A DNA stretch of 64,000 bases from the human T2T-CHM13v2.0 reference genome, Homo sapiens (GCF_009914755.1 NC_060925.1), one strand, 5' to 3'; positions 27,420 through 46,882 are shown, counted from the first letter of the stretch. Notes: generated by a model from the sequence alone, not told the origin. Numbers and translations are program-made.

Positions 27420-28221
27420 CTGCAACATACACATACAAAGTTAGCATGCTCTTAAAAATTACAAGCCAAATACTTTTATAACTATATATTTATCTCAAGT
27501 ATAAATCCTGACACATTATTTCAACCTGACTATCCAATCTTAATTCTTATAATTTATTCTATTTTCACGGTCCTTCACTTATGTAATTTTCATATTAAAC
27601 TGCTGAATCAGAACTTCCTTTCTACCTTCTTCAACTTCAAGCCACACTCTATTTCGTCTCCTGTAGGAAGCCATCTGTCAATCTGGGGCTAGTCACTTCA
27701 TACATTTCATTGTTGTTAATACTACACTACACTACTCAGAGTTTGATTAAGTTGTCATTTTTTTTTCTTTTCTTATAGTTCCTTAATGTGTGTAAGTCCT
27801 TTCTCCCCAAGTTATATTCTAAGTTCCTAAGGACAATGTCTTTCATTTTTATACCTGTATTTCTACTGAGTGATCAGTATTGGATACACAGTGGGTCTTT
27901 AGTAATCACAAAACAAAGAAAAACAACACAAAGTCTTGAGAGTTTGGACACAGAAACTGACATAAGGTCAATGTTATGATCTCATTGCCTATTTCTCATC
28001 ACAGCACTTAGTTTTTTCATTTTGAGTGAAAGGAGGCCAGCTAAGATTCTAGAACTGTATCCTTCCAAAAATCACAACATGAAAACAACTGAGATATCCA
28101 ATACTATAATGAGATTTTGCCTGGTGTTCAACCCTTGATTATTTATATATGAACGTTATGGTCAAATCTTATCTCTTCAGGGAAAGTAATTAACATCTGC
28201 TTAAGCAAAATATTCAGAAGC

Positions 28222-28365
28222 TGCCAGGAGCAGTAGCGTACACCTGTGTAACTGGGACCCAAGTCCCAGCTACTTGGGAGGCTGAGGTGGCAGGATGGCT
28301 TGAGCCTAGGAGTTTGAGTCTAGCCTGAGCAACACAGTGAGACCCTGTCTCTTAAAAAAAAAAAA
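28222..28365 (+). mobile_element. FLAM Alu monomer
   Basis: Single arm with A-tail. Confidence 0.8.
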
Positions 28366-28679
28366 GTATTGAAAAGGCAAAGTTGATACATAAAAATAAA
28401 TTACATTCAAAATAAATATAAATTATTGCTGAACTGTTGCCTCTTTACATAAAAACATAAAGCAAAAAGGACAACCTGGGATCCATCCATCAAATCAGAA
28501 TTATAATTTGAAATCTAAAATTTGAAACTGCATGAAATCTAATGAGGCACCTAGTCAAAGGATAGATATCCAGATTTAGTACAAGTTCTAGGAGCATCTG
28601 AGGCAAAAAATCTGATGTAATACGTTAATAGTGAGTATCATCAGCAGTATATAGATTTTTTTTTTTGGCCTGGTAATTT

Positions 28680-29195
28680 CTTCTTTTTTAAAAAATAATT
28701 TCAACTTTCTTTATCGATTAAAGGGTATATGTGTAGGTTTGTTACGTGGGTATATTGTGTAATGCTGGGGTTTGGGGTCCTAACAACCCCAGCACCCATG
28801 CAGTGGGCATAGTACCCAACAGGTGGTTCTTCAGCCCAGGCCACATCCCATCCCTCCCCCATCTAGTAGTCCCCAGTGTCTATTATTCCCATCTGATGTC
28901 TGTGAGTACCCAAAGTTTAGCTCCCACTTGTAAGTTAGAACATGGGGCTTTGGTTTTCTGTTCTTGCATTAGTTTTATTAGGATAACGGCCTAGAGTGCC
29001 ATCCATGTTGCTGCAAAGAGCATGATTTTGTTCTTTCTTATGGCTGCATAGTATTCCTTAGTACATATGTTCATTTTCTTTATCCAGTCCATTGATGATG
29101 GGCACCTAGGTTGATTCTGTCTTTGCTACTGTGAATAGCACTGCAATGAACATATAACGTATCTTTGACAGAATGAATTATTTTCCTTTGGGTTT
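28680..29195 (-). mobile_element. L1PA/PB 3' end
   Basis: TGTGTAGGTTTGTTAC..GGTATATTG; ATCCATGTTGCTGCAAA. Confidence 0.85.
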
Positions 29196-29339
29196 GCATA
29201 GTACTATCATTTTAAGATTTTATGTGTTGACCAATGGTCTTAGAATAACCATATAATTTAAAAGTTATAGAAGAGCCCACAAAAATTAGTCTAATTTCCT
29301 TAATTTACTTATGAGAAAGGCTCACAGATTAAAAACAAA

Positions 29340-29458
29340 TTTTTTTTTTGAGATGGAGTTTGGCTGTGTTGCCCAGGCTCACACAATCCTTACACTATCC
29401 TCCCACTTCAGCCTCCTGAGTAGCTGAGATTACAGGTGTGTGCTACTGTGCTCTTGGC
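29340..29458 (-). mobile_element. Partial Alu monomer
   Basis: Poly(T) GAGATGGAG...GATTACAGGTGTG. Confidence 0.75.
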
Positions 29459-29592
29459 TTTTGAAAATATTTTTAAAGCTTATTTATGTTTTACTTTATT
29501 CTAAAAAGGATTTAAGATAATTTTGCTGAATGGGAGGGACCTGGCTGAGTTTATATAACAACGCCTGCATAGGATAATACTCTTAAATCTAA

Positions 29593-29898
<306 letters not shown>

Positions 29899-30766
29899 TA
29901 ATATTCTTTATAGTGTATCATAATGCTTCTTTGTCTTCCCTCCAACAGAGAAATTAGGTAGAATGTATCAATTTAAGTTATCAAATTAGTTGAAGATGCC
30001 AAATGAACATGGCTGTTGCAAAGAGTATGCAGTAGTTATTTAAACTATATACTATTAAAAGAAATTTAAGTTTCCTTGTCTTTGAAGGTCAACATTAAAC
30101 TGCTGAGCAACTAATAAAAAATTACAGCTGATAACTAAAGGCCACTGCTCTTTCAAACTTAACACTCTACAGTCTTCTTTTCATCTGTACTCAAAAAACA
30201 CATCTAGAATCTAAAGTTTTTTAAAAAGCAAAACAAAACCTTAGACATTAGGGCACTGATATTTTAAATCTTAACATCCTTTAATATGAATTTAGTGTCT
30301 ACCACAGCTAGATTTAAAGTATGCACATATCCTAAATTATATGAAAGGCCATATAATAAATTCTTTTGGCTGAAGAATGAGGTCTTCTGGTTACTTAAAT
30401 GGAATTGCTATAAATCATATATTAATGAGCAATTTTTAAAAGAATTAGAATAAAATTTTATCTTAACTATAAAATTATATATAACTTTATCATATATAAT
30501 TTGATCTTATTTTATTCACATGGTTCAAGATCATACAGTTCGTTCAAAGGGATAACCATATATTACAGATGTGAACAAAGCATATGTTAACAGAAATTTC
30601 CTATGTGTGAATGCTGATAAACAAGTTTTACTACAGTTTTGTTGTCATATAATATGAAATGTATTTTTAAGTAGGCTACCATGGCAATCTCTTCTCTTCC
30701 TACCCTTTTGCTATATGCCTTTTTGACCTGATATGTACATATGTACACACATATATGCATACATAC

Positions 30767-30829
30767 CTTGTGCAATGTAATTATCTGTTGTGGTGTCATC
30801 TGTAGTTTTAATAAATACACCATTTTCTT
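30767..30829 (-). CDS. TRMT1L: TRMT1L exon 13 ([20 protein letters not shown])
   Basis: TTTAG| acceptor, G|GTATGT donor; 63 nt, phase 1-1. Confidence 0.93.
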
Positions 30830-31328
30830 CTAAAAAATAAAGCAAATGGGAAAAGAAAATATTTTACAGAATGACATAAAGCAACAACTCAGTTTAAATA
30901 AAAGTTTATGAAATTCCATCCACACTATTTTCACGAATATGCAAGAGATTCTGTGGCCAAACTGAACTGCAAAAATTACATTTTTAACCCTCTATAATAG
31001 CAGTTTCTAATTATTTATGAGAACACTAGGATATTCAATAGGCTCATATCAATAGTCAGATACAACTACAAAATTGGCTGTTTGTACTAAACAGAAAAAA
31101 CACATAGCTTTACTGAATGAGAAGTATAAATGTAGTTTCTGTGTCTTCATAGATATTACAATTTTTGGCCACAACACTCCTTGAATTACCAAAAGTTTCT
31201 TTTTCTAGAAAGCACATCTAGGGTAATAAAAATCACAAAGGACCTTTAGTGTTTTTTTTTTCTTTTTTTAAATCTAGTAAAATTAAAAACACACAAAAAA
31301 GGAGGTTATCTTTAAAAAAAAATTATCA

Positions 31329-31632
31329 GGGCATGGTGGTTCATGCCTGTAATCCCAGCCACTTTGGGAGGTCAAGGTGGGAGGACTGCTTGAGCCCAGG
31401 AGTTTGAAATCCGCCTGGACAATATGGTGAGACCCCATCTCTAAAAAATATTAGCCAGGTGTGGTGTGCATGCTTGTGGTCCCAGCTACACAGGAGGTTG
31501 AGGCTGAGGCAAGAGGACTGCCTGAGTCTAGGAGGTTGAGACTGCAGTGAGCCATGTTTGTGCCACTTGTATTCCAGCTTGGGTGAAAAAGTGAGACCCA
31601 GTATCCAAAAAAAAAACAACAAAACCAACAAC
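31329..31632 (+). mobile_element. AluJ
   Basis: Diverged dimer. Confidence 0.92.
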
Positions 31633-31853
31633 ACTATTCATCATTCACCTATTCATCTCAGGCCTGATTACAAGCCTGAATAAAACTATGTAATTAAAAA
31701 AAAACCAGAGGATCAGACTCATTAGAGAAGATTTACTAAAAACACACTATTTATAATTATATTGGTTTTATTATAACATCAAATACAATTGAAAAAGATA
31801 CAGTATTTTTGGTAAGCAGTTTAAAGCTAGTAAGCTAGCGTTCAGTTAGTCAC

Positions 31854-32020
31854 CTTGCTTGTTGACATTTGAAGATGCATGAATTGAAAACTGACTTTGA
31901 GGCGTACACTCTGATTCAAAGATTAATGTCTTTATTAGGGTCTGAATGTCATCCAAACCATGGTGAAGAGATTCAAATAGCATTCTTTTGAGGAATCCAG
32001 TATTGAAAAGGGAACTTGAC
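31854..32020 (-). CDS. TRMT1L: TRMT1L exon 12 (SSSLFNTGF...NVNKQ)
   Basis: TTCAG| acceptor, G|GTGACT donor; 167 nt. Confidence 0.96.
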
Positions 32021-32185
32021 CTGAAAAGAAAAGAATATACAGAGAACTGGGTTTGAAAAATGTTTCTCTTTAAAAAGAAAGTCTTCACAATTTAACTATA
32101 AGTAAGATATATAATTAATTATATGACAGAGTAATACTTAAATTCAAAAAGAATTTATGATTTAATTTAAAACTGTTTATTTTCT

Positions 32186-32431
<246 letters not shown>

Positions 32432-32934
32432 TAGTAGCATTAGTCAAGGAAACTTAATTAAGTCAACAAGAATCTATTGAGGCTGGGAAGGGGAGAAGGG
32501 AGAGGGTGATGAAGAGGGGTAAAAGAATATAAATGTATTTATTACCACTGAAGTGTATACTTAAAAATGGTAAAGAAGGAAAATGTTATATGTGTATGTT
32601 ACCTTAATAAAAAAATAATTTATTGAACTCTCATAAGGTATACAGTACTGTGGTACACAGAGGGTGTGTGGAGGATATACCAAAATATAATATACAATGT
32701 TGACCTTATAAAAGCCTATAAATCTAGACAGGAAAATAAAGCAATGAAGAGGTTTTCACAATGCACATTCTAGTCACTAATAGAAAATCTTAATTCTGAT
32801 GAGTTTATGGTGGTAGGGTGGGGCAGGACAGGGCAGGGGAGCACATATATGAGAATTATATGTGGTGATGGTATGGTTCAGAAATAGTCTGGGGTGAATC
32901 TGATATGCTTCCCATTTAATTTAAGAATCACAGG

Positions 32935-33500
<566 letters not shown>

Positions 33501-33650
33501 TTAGAGATTATATTGGGTTGAGGCACTAAGAAGAGACTTCAAAAAGAAAGTACAATTTGAATTGGAGGTGGTAGAGAGGGGAAGGTATTCTGGATGAGTG
33601 TAAAGCCATGAACACAATAGCTTTCATGTGGAAATCATAAGGTTTTATTA

Positions 33651-33959
<309 letters not shown>

Positions 33960-34384
33960 CTAGCCTTGGCTGTGGTATGAATTTTTTTGGTCAGTTTTAG
34001 CAAGCACTTAAAAACACTGTGCCATAGTTTCCTCATGTGTAAAATAAGGCAGTTAGGCTAGAAATCTTCCTTCTGGATCCAGTAACCTGCTATTTTTAAT
34101 TTCCTCAGTTCTGAATCAGTGAGTAGGATCAATGTGTAGCAGATGCTATAGGTGAGAACTAGTTTTAGAAGAACTAGAAGGTAGGGCTGGCTAGATCTTT
34201 CTTAATCTAAGAGTATTTAATAAGATGAAGATAAAATCATGAGCATCAGCACAAAGACATTTACCATGTAGGTCAATTTCTAGGTTTAGTAGGTGCTTAA
34301 GCCTTGACCTTATAAAGTAATGAGAAGAAATTTGCAATTCTTGTCACAATGTTCTTAGGAATCTTGAATTTCTGTAAGAATCTC

Positions 34385-34692
<308 letters not shown>

Positions 34693-34741
34693 AGAATCTC
34701 TAGTAACAAACTTAAGGTAAGGATTCTGATTAAAATAATTT

Positions 34742-35053
<312 letters not shown>

Positions 35054-35578
35054 TCAACTTTAAGGTACAATCAGCTGTTACCAATGATGCAAAAGCATAT
35101 ACACATTAAATATTTCCAATTGTGTATCATCTAAATAACTTTATCTAAAACAAAGGCAGACACTTTCACATGCCTTTCTCTCTTAAAACTAATTCTTCTA
35201 GGACCTTTTACATGAGTTGGCTCTTCTATAAAAAGTTATTGTGATCATTTAAAAATCACATGCTAGATCTACAATGATCAATTTTAAAAAGCTTCTTTCT
35301 TACTATTCAGAAATGAATTATCTAGTTTCCAGATCATCCAGGCTTCTCTTTTACCTCCATTGCCTCTTAGTTCTGTCACAAACTAGAGAGAATAATGGTA
35401 GAGAAAAATCTCAAAATATTAAACACCTCAGGTTCATAGGAGGAGAAGAGTCATAATTATTTGCCTAGACTTAACAATTGAATTTAAATTTGTCTTTTAC
35501 CACACATAATAAAAATCAGCAATTAATAAATCAATCAATACATCAAATTTTAATATGTTCTTATGGCTGGTCACATAC

Positions 35579-35657
35579 CACAGAGGTCCAAGTTCTATTG
35601 CTGTCTTTCCAGGCATGCTTCCATGACAGTTACAAGGCAGCTGTCTATATGGGTTTT
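35579..35657 (-). CDS. TRMT1L: TRMT1L exon 11 ([26 protein letters not shown])
   Basis: ACAG| acceptor, TG|GTATGT donor; 79 nt; Trm1-like GPxW. Confidence 0.95.
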
Positions 35658-35792
35658 CTGTAAAAAGATAATAAAAGGAGAAATCAAAGGAGAAATGACT
35701 AATACAAATAGTAGTAATTGTTATATTAATAATAATGTGCAGCTACTATATACTGAGGATCTACTATGTGCCAGGTATTATGCTAAGTATTT

Positions 35793-35875
35793 TATGTATG
35801 TATATATGTGTGTGTGCATATGTATACGTATATATGTATACACACATATATGTGCACACACACACATATATATAT
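35793..35875. repeat. (TA/TG/CA)n purine-pyrimidine microsatellite within a MIR remnant
   Basis: Direct inspection. Confidence 0.8.
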
Positions 35876-37903
35876 TTTTTTAATTTAAGTCCTTACAACT
35901 CTCTGAAGTAGGTACTGTTAAAATCTCAATTATACAGATCAGAGGATTAAAGCTTGAGAGAGGTGGAAATTCATGTCAAATGGCTTATTAGAGGTGTAAC
36001 TGATATTTACTTACTATACCACATGAAATAATATAAGGAAGGAGAAAGTCTTATAAAGTTTACAAGAGATCCATATTTCAAAATTAACTGATTAAGGTAT
36101 AATTTATGTGCAATAAAACATATATACTTTATATTAAAAAGTTGATGAATTTTAACAAATGTATACACCCATGTAACCAACATCCCAATCAAAATGTAGA
36201 TATTTCTCATAAGTTAACTCTTCCGCAGTTGGAAAGAAAATTCCTTATGCTTGATTCATATTCAGCCTTCAAAATGTAGGCTAGAAGAATCTAATTTGGT
36301 TTAAAAAGCAATGAATGAGAGTCCTGATATAATCACAAGGAAACTGGGGAGATACTAGCACTATTCTTAGTTTTCAAAATGGGCTAATATTTGACTATGG
36401 AACTTTTAAATCCATTCAAGGCCCAAATAGTCATTTTATATCAGATATTCTCCAACTAATTCCCTCCACTCCAGGCCATTCCTGGGTTATCATTCACTTT
36501 CTTGAAATGGCCTGACCTAATCAATCAGTCCCAGATACATTCAGAACCAAAGAATGGTGGCAGGAACACAGGTCGATAGCCTCTTGCTAGCTGATACTAT
36601 CACTCTGCTATTCAATACAATTATTGGTATAATGCATAGTTATGAGATCTTATTTTACATTTACTTAAAAGTGTCCTTCACTGCTCCTAGGTCTACTTTT
36701 CAGTATTATTTAATTCTAAGCTTTGATGAAAGGGTGTGGTTAGCACTGACGTAAAGTTTTGTTGAGAACTATGTTCCTCAAATATGAGTATACTTAAGAA
36801 GTCTTCTCTTAAACCATTACATCACTAAACTACAAATACTTATAAGCAGTCATCATCCAATTCAGGATGGCAATTTATAGTATAGTTCTGTCAGCTACAC
36901 CCACTTACCACAGGCAGAGAGCACAAATGAATTATTAATCAGTTTGTATCTTGATGCACTGTGCAAAATAATCTTACCATACAAACGTGCCTTTTCCCAA
37001 GCCTCTTTGCTAGGATTTCTCAGGTCTAAATTAGCATCAGCAAATTTCCTCTCTGAGGGCCAAGGCTATCAATTCAAGTTACTAGCAGCAAATAATGAAG
37101 CGGTAAAGTAGAAAGAAAACTAGTATTTCCGTGTTACTGGTACATAAGCGAGGAAGGCAATACCAGATGAGGAGTTAAAAAATATTCTGAGACTTCTATT
37201 TAAATGCAACAGATTAAACATGCACTCTCTCTCTGCTGTCTCTTAACGCTTAAATGACAGGAACAAAAATTAAACTACAAGAATAAATAAAATGGGAGAG
37301 GAGGTAACAAAAGATGAGAGATGCCAATAAAATTTCAGAAGCAGGAGTCACATACACAATGGGAGAACTGATTATCAGACCAGAAAAATCTAAAGCATAA
37401 GCCTGAAATGGATAGATGGGCAACCAACAAAACAGAAAGTTCATTAGTGTTTTGGGACCCTGCGACGGCCTGAAAATTGAAGGCAATGATTGTCTCTGAA
37501 GATGACTATAGAGAGGTATTGCAAATAAGAGGTCTGGTTACAATTTTTTAAAGGGTTCAATTAAAACTCCAGATCTTCTCTAATACAATCAAGCGTCTGT
37601 GTCCTCCCCATTCCAAAAGATGAAGTTAATCTTTGGTGAGGCTAAACTATTGAGGATATGAAACCAGCAGTTTTAGTTACAGTTGAGAGTGAGATGTCTG
37701 AAAACAGAGGGATTAAGTAAAAATCTGCTTTCCAGTCTCTGTCCCCAGTGTGGCTCTCCCAGAGCTGCTAAAAGATTGGTTGATTCCTCTCTGGAAAAAT
37801 TTACCAATCCAAGACAAAAGATCTATGTATACTTGTTGACATTTGGGGGTGTCTTACTAAAAAAAGCAGACTGGTATCTTCTTATCACAGTAAAATCCAT
37901 TGG

Positions 37904-38188
<285 letters not shown>

Positions 38189-38768
38189 AAATCCGTTGGT
38201 TTATAAGCTCTGCCCCAAGTGCTTTAAAACAATTTTTCACTGTGGACAACCGAAGACCACAAAACATTTGAGAACTACCATGACAGACAGAGAACAAAAT
38301 TACAAAACAGAAAAAGTTAAAAAACAGGAGAACTGAACAACAAAACAACAGCAACAATACAAAACAAACAAAAAACCCCTATTCTCCCCTAAATATAAAA
38401 TATACCCAAGTATAATCAATTCTTAGAAAGGTAAGAGATTTTGTATCCCTGAAACAATATGACACTATTAAAAAAGGAACAATAATCACTTGACTAGCCT
38501 AAAGAAAAAAAAAGGAACAGTGAAAAAATATGAAATAACTCTTAGAAATGAACAAAATATGACAGAAATTTAAATAAGAGTTGGAAAATAAAAATTAAGG
38601 AAAAAGTATAAAGTAGAACTAATTGCCAAAGAGATGAACCGTATAGATATTTTAAAAAATTAAAGGATTAATCTAGAAGACCCAAAATATAACTAAACAG
38701 AGTTCCTGAAAGAGACAACAGATATAATTTGAAAGGCAAAACTTGTCAAAGAAATAACATCCCCCAAG

Positions 38769-39478
<710 letters not shown>

Positions 39479-40140
39479 GAACTCAGAGATTATCCAGTAA
39501 ACTGAATTTAAAAAGATGAACTCATACACATATTATCTCAAAATTATTTTAGAATACTGGGTTTAGAAGAGATATTTTAAGAGCATTCAGAGAGAAAATA
39601 ATATAACACTACACAAGAAAAGCAGCAGACTTCTCACTGGAAGCTAGAAGACAATGGAATAATACCTTGAACATTTTGAGGAAAAAATGATTTCCATCCT
39701 AGAATTTGGTACTTAGCCATGCAATACTTCTCTGCAATCTATAGGAAAAAGTGTCCACTCAAAATGAAGAAGTAAACAAGGAAAGTGGGAAAATACACAG
39801 GATCTGCGATAGGAGATTTATCACAAAAAGAAAGTTAAAGAAAATTTCCAGGATGATGGTTAAACAGAAGCCCTTGCACAACAGATTTCAGCAGATACAG
39901 AAAACAAACAATCCAAACTACAACAGGAGGGCTGTCTCCAGGGGAGTGAAATTTATAGCCAAAGATTACCTAATGTGCTTAACTATGGTGAAGGAAGCAT
40001 TGAAAATGTAGCAAAGAGTTTAGGGATGGATTATAAAAAGTATTTTTTTAAAAAGGTAACAAGCACAGTAAGTATTAATTCCAGAGTTACCGAAGAGTTG
40101 CATAAGAAAGGAAACATTATTATAACATATATGAATCAGC

Positions 40141-40270
40141 TTTTATTTTTATTTTTGTAGAGACAGGGTCTTGCTATGTTGCTCAGGCTGGTCTTGAACT
40201 CCTGACCTCAGGCAATCCTACCTCAGTCTCCTAAAGTGCTGGGATTACTGGTATGAGCCACCATGCCCGG
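40141..40270 (-). mobile_element. FLAM / Alu left arm
   Basis: Single arm. Confidence 0.8.
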
Positions 40271-40291
40271 ATTCATATGGTTTATCTGTAC

Positions 40292-40820
<529 letters not shown>

Positions 40821-41090
40821 AAAATTTGCGAACAATATTTATCTATTTATAAAAATACTAACACTAAATATTGATGTAGTCCAACGTGGAAGGGGGAAAG
40901 CATGCATGTGACTCGATTGGTTTAAAAAGCCAAATACTCTTTTTCCATGGAAGGAAGTTAGATGCATTATAAACATGTTATTTAGAAATATGAATGTAAG
41001 CATTATAAGAAACAGCTGTGACATTTTAACTGTTTAGGGAGTCAGGCAGAGGTTATTATTTTATTAATAAGACTTACGGAACTATTTGAC

Positions 41091-41396
41091 TTTTTTTTCT
41101 TTCTTTTTTTGAGAGGGAGTCTTGCTCTGTCACCGAGGCTGGAGTGCAGTGGCATGATCTCAGCTCACTGCAACCTCTGCCTCCTGGGTTCAAGTGGTGA
41201 TTCTCCTGTCTCAGCCTCAGCCTCCTGAGTAGCTGGGATTACAGGTGCCCGCCATCACGCCCAGCTAATTTTTGTACTTTTAGTAGAGATGGGGTTTCAC
41301 CATGTTGGCCAGTTTCGAACTCCTGACCTCAGGTGGTCCGTCCGCCTCAGCCTCCCAAACTGTTGGGATTACAGGCGTGAGCCACCGTGCCCAGCT
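41091..41396 (-). mobile_element. AluS
   Basis: TSD CTATTTGACTTTTT. Confidence 0.94.
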
Positions 41397-42030
41397 ATTT
41401 GACTTTTTAAACTATGTATTACAAATTGATAAAAATTCTGAATGAGATGACTTCTTTGTAGGACATACTTGTTTATTCTAAGTTCTGTATGATTCCAAAT
41501 AAAATGCAAAAATAAATCATTGCTTTATAGTTATCACTTATCAAGTCAAAAAGTCTTTAAAATGTTTGATTAATGTCACATACATAAGAAAGAAAAATTA
41601 TAAGAACTTCTATAAGGCACTCAAATTCTTTAACCTCTTTAAGTATACAGGCTATTGGACATGCTTTGGGCAAAGAAAAGCTTTGAACATGAAGGAAACA
41701 AAGTAGTATTTTTCTTATGAGCTCTATTGAGTAAACTGAGAGTTAAATTTAACCAAGTAAGAGATGACTAGAGAAATTATGGCAAAAAGACTGATGACAT
41801 ATACAGAATATTATTATATGTAGAGATTAATCTGGCAAAACAGAATGTTAAGTGTTACATATTCTAATAACATAGAGATGGTATAACAAACAAAAATTAG
41901 GAAGGGAAAAATGGAAAACAGGGAGCTAATTATCTCAGTTGTGGTATCAAGGAGCCAAAGTATATTACTTAAAACTGATAAATCCAAATTACAGAAGTAT
42001 ATACATATTTACTACTAAAAATAGACATTA

Positions 42031-44040
<2,010 letters not shown>

Positions 44041-44515
44041 GAAAGAGCTTTATGAAGGCATAAACTACAGCTTTTTCCTTGTTTCCCATCCCCAGGCCTG
44101 GCATATAGTAGAGGCTCAATAAATGTTTATTGAATGCATTTTATAACTGATGGCTTTTATACACAGCCAGAAACATGAAAATTATTTTTATAAAATTAAT
44201 GATTTGTAACAGCCTGGAAAAAACGTAATCTGACTTATGTTCCTAAAATTAGTTGAGAGTGGAAACTAAGTTATTTCTAGATGTTTCGATAGAAGGCAGA
44301 GCTAGAAAGCATATATTGTACAGCATGAGTAAATAACTTTAATAAACTCACACGAATGTCTTGTCTGTTGACGAAAGGAAATCCAGTATAGGAAATAACA
44401 AAGTTAGCACTGTAATCTTTAAAATCAAAGGACAACAATATGTATAATTAGGTATGTGATAAAGGCTTATTCAGTGGAGGATTATAGATAAACATAATAT
44501 ATAACTTGAATTTAC

Positions 44516-44706
44516 CTTCTACCATATTACCATCCTTCTGAAAAATTCTCTCTTCACACCACTGACAATGGATCAGGTATTGAATCTTCTTGGCTGTTTC
44601 ATCTGCTGAAGTAGGTCCCCTCAAAACTCTCACAACTACCAACACAAAATGTTCCAGAGCCACTGCAAACAGTACTTCTATGCCTTTGTTGCATCGGGCT
44701 GCAGCT
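44516..44706 (-). CDS. TRMT1L: TRMT1L exon 10 (AAARCNKG...HCQWC...NMVE)
   Basis: GTAG| acceptor, G|GTAAA donor; 191 nt. Confidence 0.96.
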
Positions 44707-45709
44707 CTACAATAAATTTTTTCAAGTTATTTTGTGGGCTTATCATTTTCCCTTGTTTGGCATTATACTGACAATATTAACCTGGACAGTATACTATGGA
44801 TAAGTTATGGGACATCAAGAAAAATTCAATTCTCAGTAGCAGTGCTTTTAAAAGATCATTACTGTAACTTTTACAGAAATTGAAACACAGGAAATAAAAG
44901 ATGCTTGGGAGGGTCTTCAGTTTCTAGACATTTTCCCTTGCGATATCCTCTCAATAGGGCAATATTTTCTGGTTTTCAGTCATTTTCACTTTGTTTCTTA
45001 TCATCACCACCACATTGCTTCCTTTTTATCTATTTTATTTCCTATAAAAGCTTCTTTCAAACAGTATCTATTTATTGAGTAATGACTATATGCAGGATAG
45101 TATGCTAGCTACTGAAAATTGAGTGAAAAAAGAACAGTCAAAGTCCTTTCCACCATTAATTTCACAGACTTTTTGGATTAAGCTCTACTATATACCATTT
45201 ATGTACTCTGCAGTCATATACTACATTTAATTTATATATATTACTCTGAATTTGCTGATATTACATTATAGACATTTTTAAGTATGTGCAGTTAAGTCCT
45301 TAGCATGCATACAGTAAACATCAGTTTTCAGGTAATTAGAAACAACCCTGAAGGTCTATGAAGTCTAATAATCTGTATTTATCCTGAGGTAGAAATTTCT
45401 ACTTAAATGCTCTGAAACTAGTATTGGGGCTGGCAAGTGAGCTGGCTGATTATCCATTATCTATATTCACAATATCCGTTTATATTATATTATTCTAGCA
45501 TAATCTGCATATAGTAAGTGCTCAAAAAAAGTCATCCTTTTAAAAAATAACTGTTTTCAAATTCTGTTTGGAAATCCTGGTGAGAAATGGAGAGAACTTC
45601 CCATTTTGTAAGACCATTTTGCAGAATCAAGTTTGTAAGCCATCATTTTATTCAAACTATATAAATAAAGAAGATAAAACAGAATGGATATAAAAGAAAT
45701 GACTGTTTC

Positions 45710-45941
45710 TTTCTGAGGCAGAGTCTCACTATGTTGCCCAGGCTGGAGTGCAGTGGAGCAACCTTGGCTCACTGCAGCATGTGGCTCCTGGGTTCAAGTG
45801 ATTCTAGTGCCTCAACCTATAATCGTAGCTGTGATTACAGGTGTGTACCAACATGCCCAGCTAATTTTTGTATTTTTAGTAGAGACGGGGTTTCACCATG
45901 TTGGCCAGGAGTCTTGTTTCATCCTGGGCAACATGGTGAAA
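45710..45941 (-). mobile_element. Truncated Alu ending in a fold-back inversion
   Basis: Right arm + linker + 20 bp inverted copy. Confidence 0.85.
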
Positions 45942-46276
45942 AAACAAAACAAAACAGTTTTTGCTTTTCCTTTCATATAGCTATCCTTTATCCTACATTG
46001 TTGAAATAAACTGGAAATTAACTTTCACTTTTACCTTTTCTTTCTTATACTTTATTTCAGTAACATTTTAATTGGAGAGTAAACTGAATATTTCAGGTAT
46101 AAACTTTTAAATAAAATTACAACAGATACCACGTAAGATTAAAAACCAGTATTACAGATAAGGAATACAGAATTTATATTTTGTGCATATTTTGAATAAG
46201 GTAAGTACTTCTTGTAATATTATCTCTTTTTATCAAATACTGAAACACACTAAGTACACTGTTGGCAATTTGGTAC

Positions 46277-46489
46277 CTTGCCACTGCAGCTACAACAATT
46301 CTGGCTGCTAGTTCCTTGTAATATTCAGTTCGGACAATGTTACATCCGTAGTGACGCCGGGCAACATGCTGTGCCTTGGCATATAAAGAACTGATATCTG
46401 TAGAAGTCACTGACACTATGCCAAGGTTTCTTATATTTCTGAATGCAGAATCTAGATAATTCACTGATGTTCCAAAAGGGTCTAGATGT
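46277..46489 (-). CDS. TRMT1L: TRMT1L exon 9 (HLDPFGTS...VVAAVAR)
   Basis: TTAG| acceptor, AG|GTACC donor; 213 nt; Trm1 DP(F/Y)G motif. Confidence 0.97.
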
Positions 46490-46882
46490 CTAAAATCAGA
46501 AAGAATATAGACATTTTAAAGTCATATTAGTAACAAAAATTATACCACTGTAATTATTTCTAATTATAAAATTCCATGGATTTAAAAATACATTGCAAAT
46601 ATATTTTAAGTACATAATTCTGTTTTGAAATTAAGTAATAAAATGATAGTATGATGTATCAGACATGTAAAAATAAATTCGGGTTAGAGGAAAAGTCACA
46701 TGCCCAGGCATTTTATTTCAAATACTAGAAAATTTTCATACTGCATACCTTAGGCCAATGTCAAAAAATGGCATTAATTTAAATAAATAAACAACAAAAA
46801 ACTGTCTTAATTTTTAACTACTCCTCGTCCCCAAAATTTCAGATAAGTTTAGAAAGTGACACGGCAAGTCTTTTCTACTTAC

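Noticed and set aside
32816-32839. G-quadruplex motif GGGTGGGGCAGGACAGGGCAGGGG
   Set aside because: Isolated intronic motif inside a probable MER5 relic; common genome-wide
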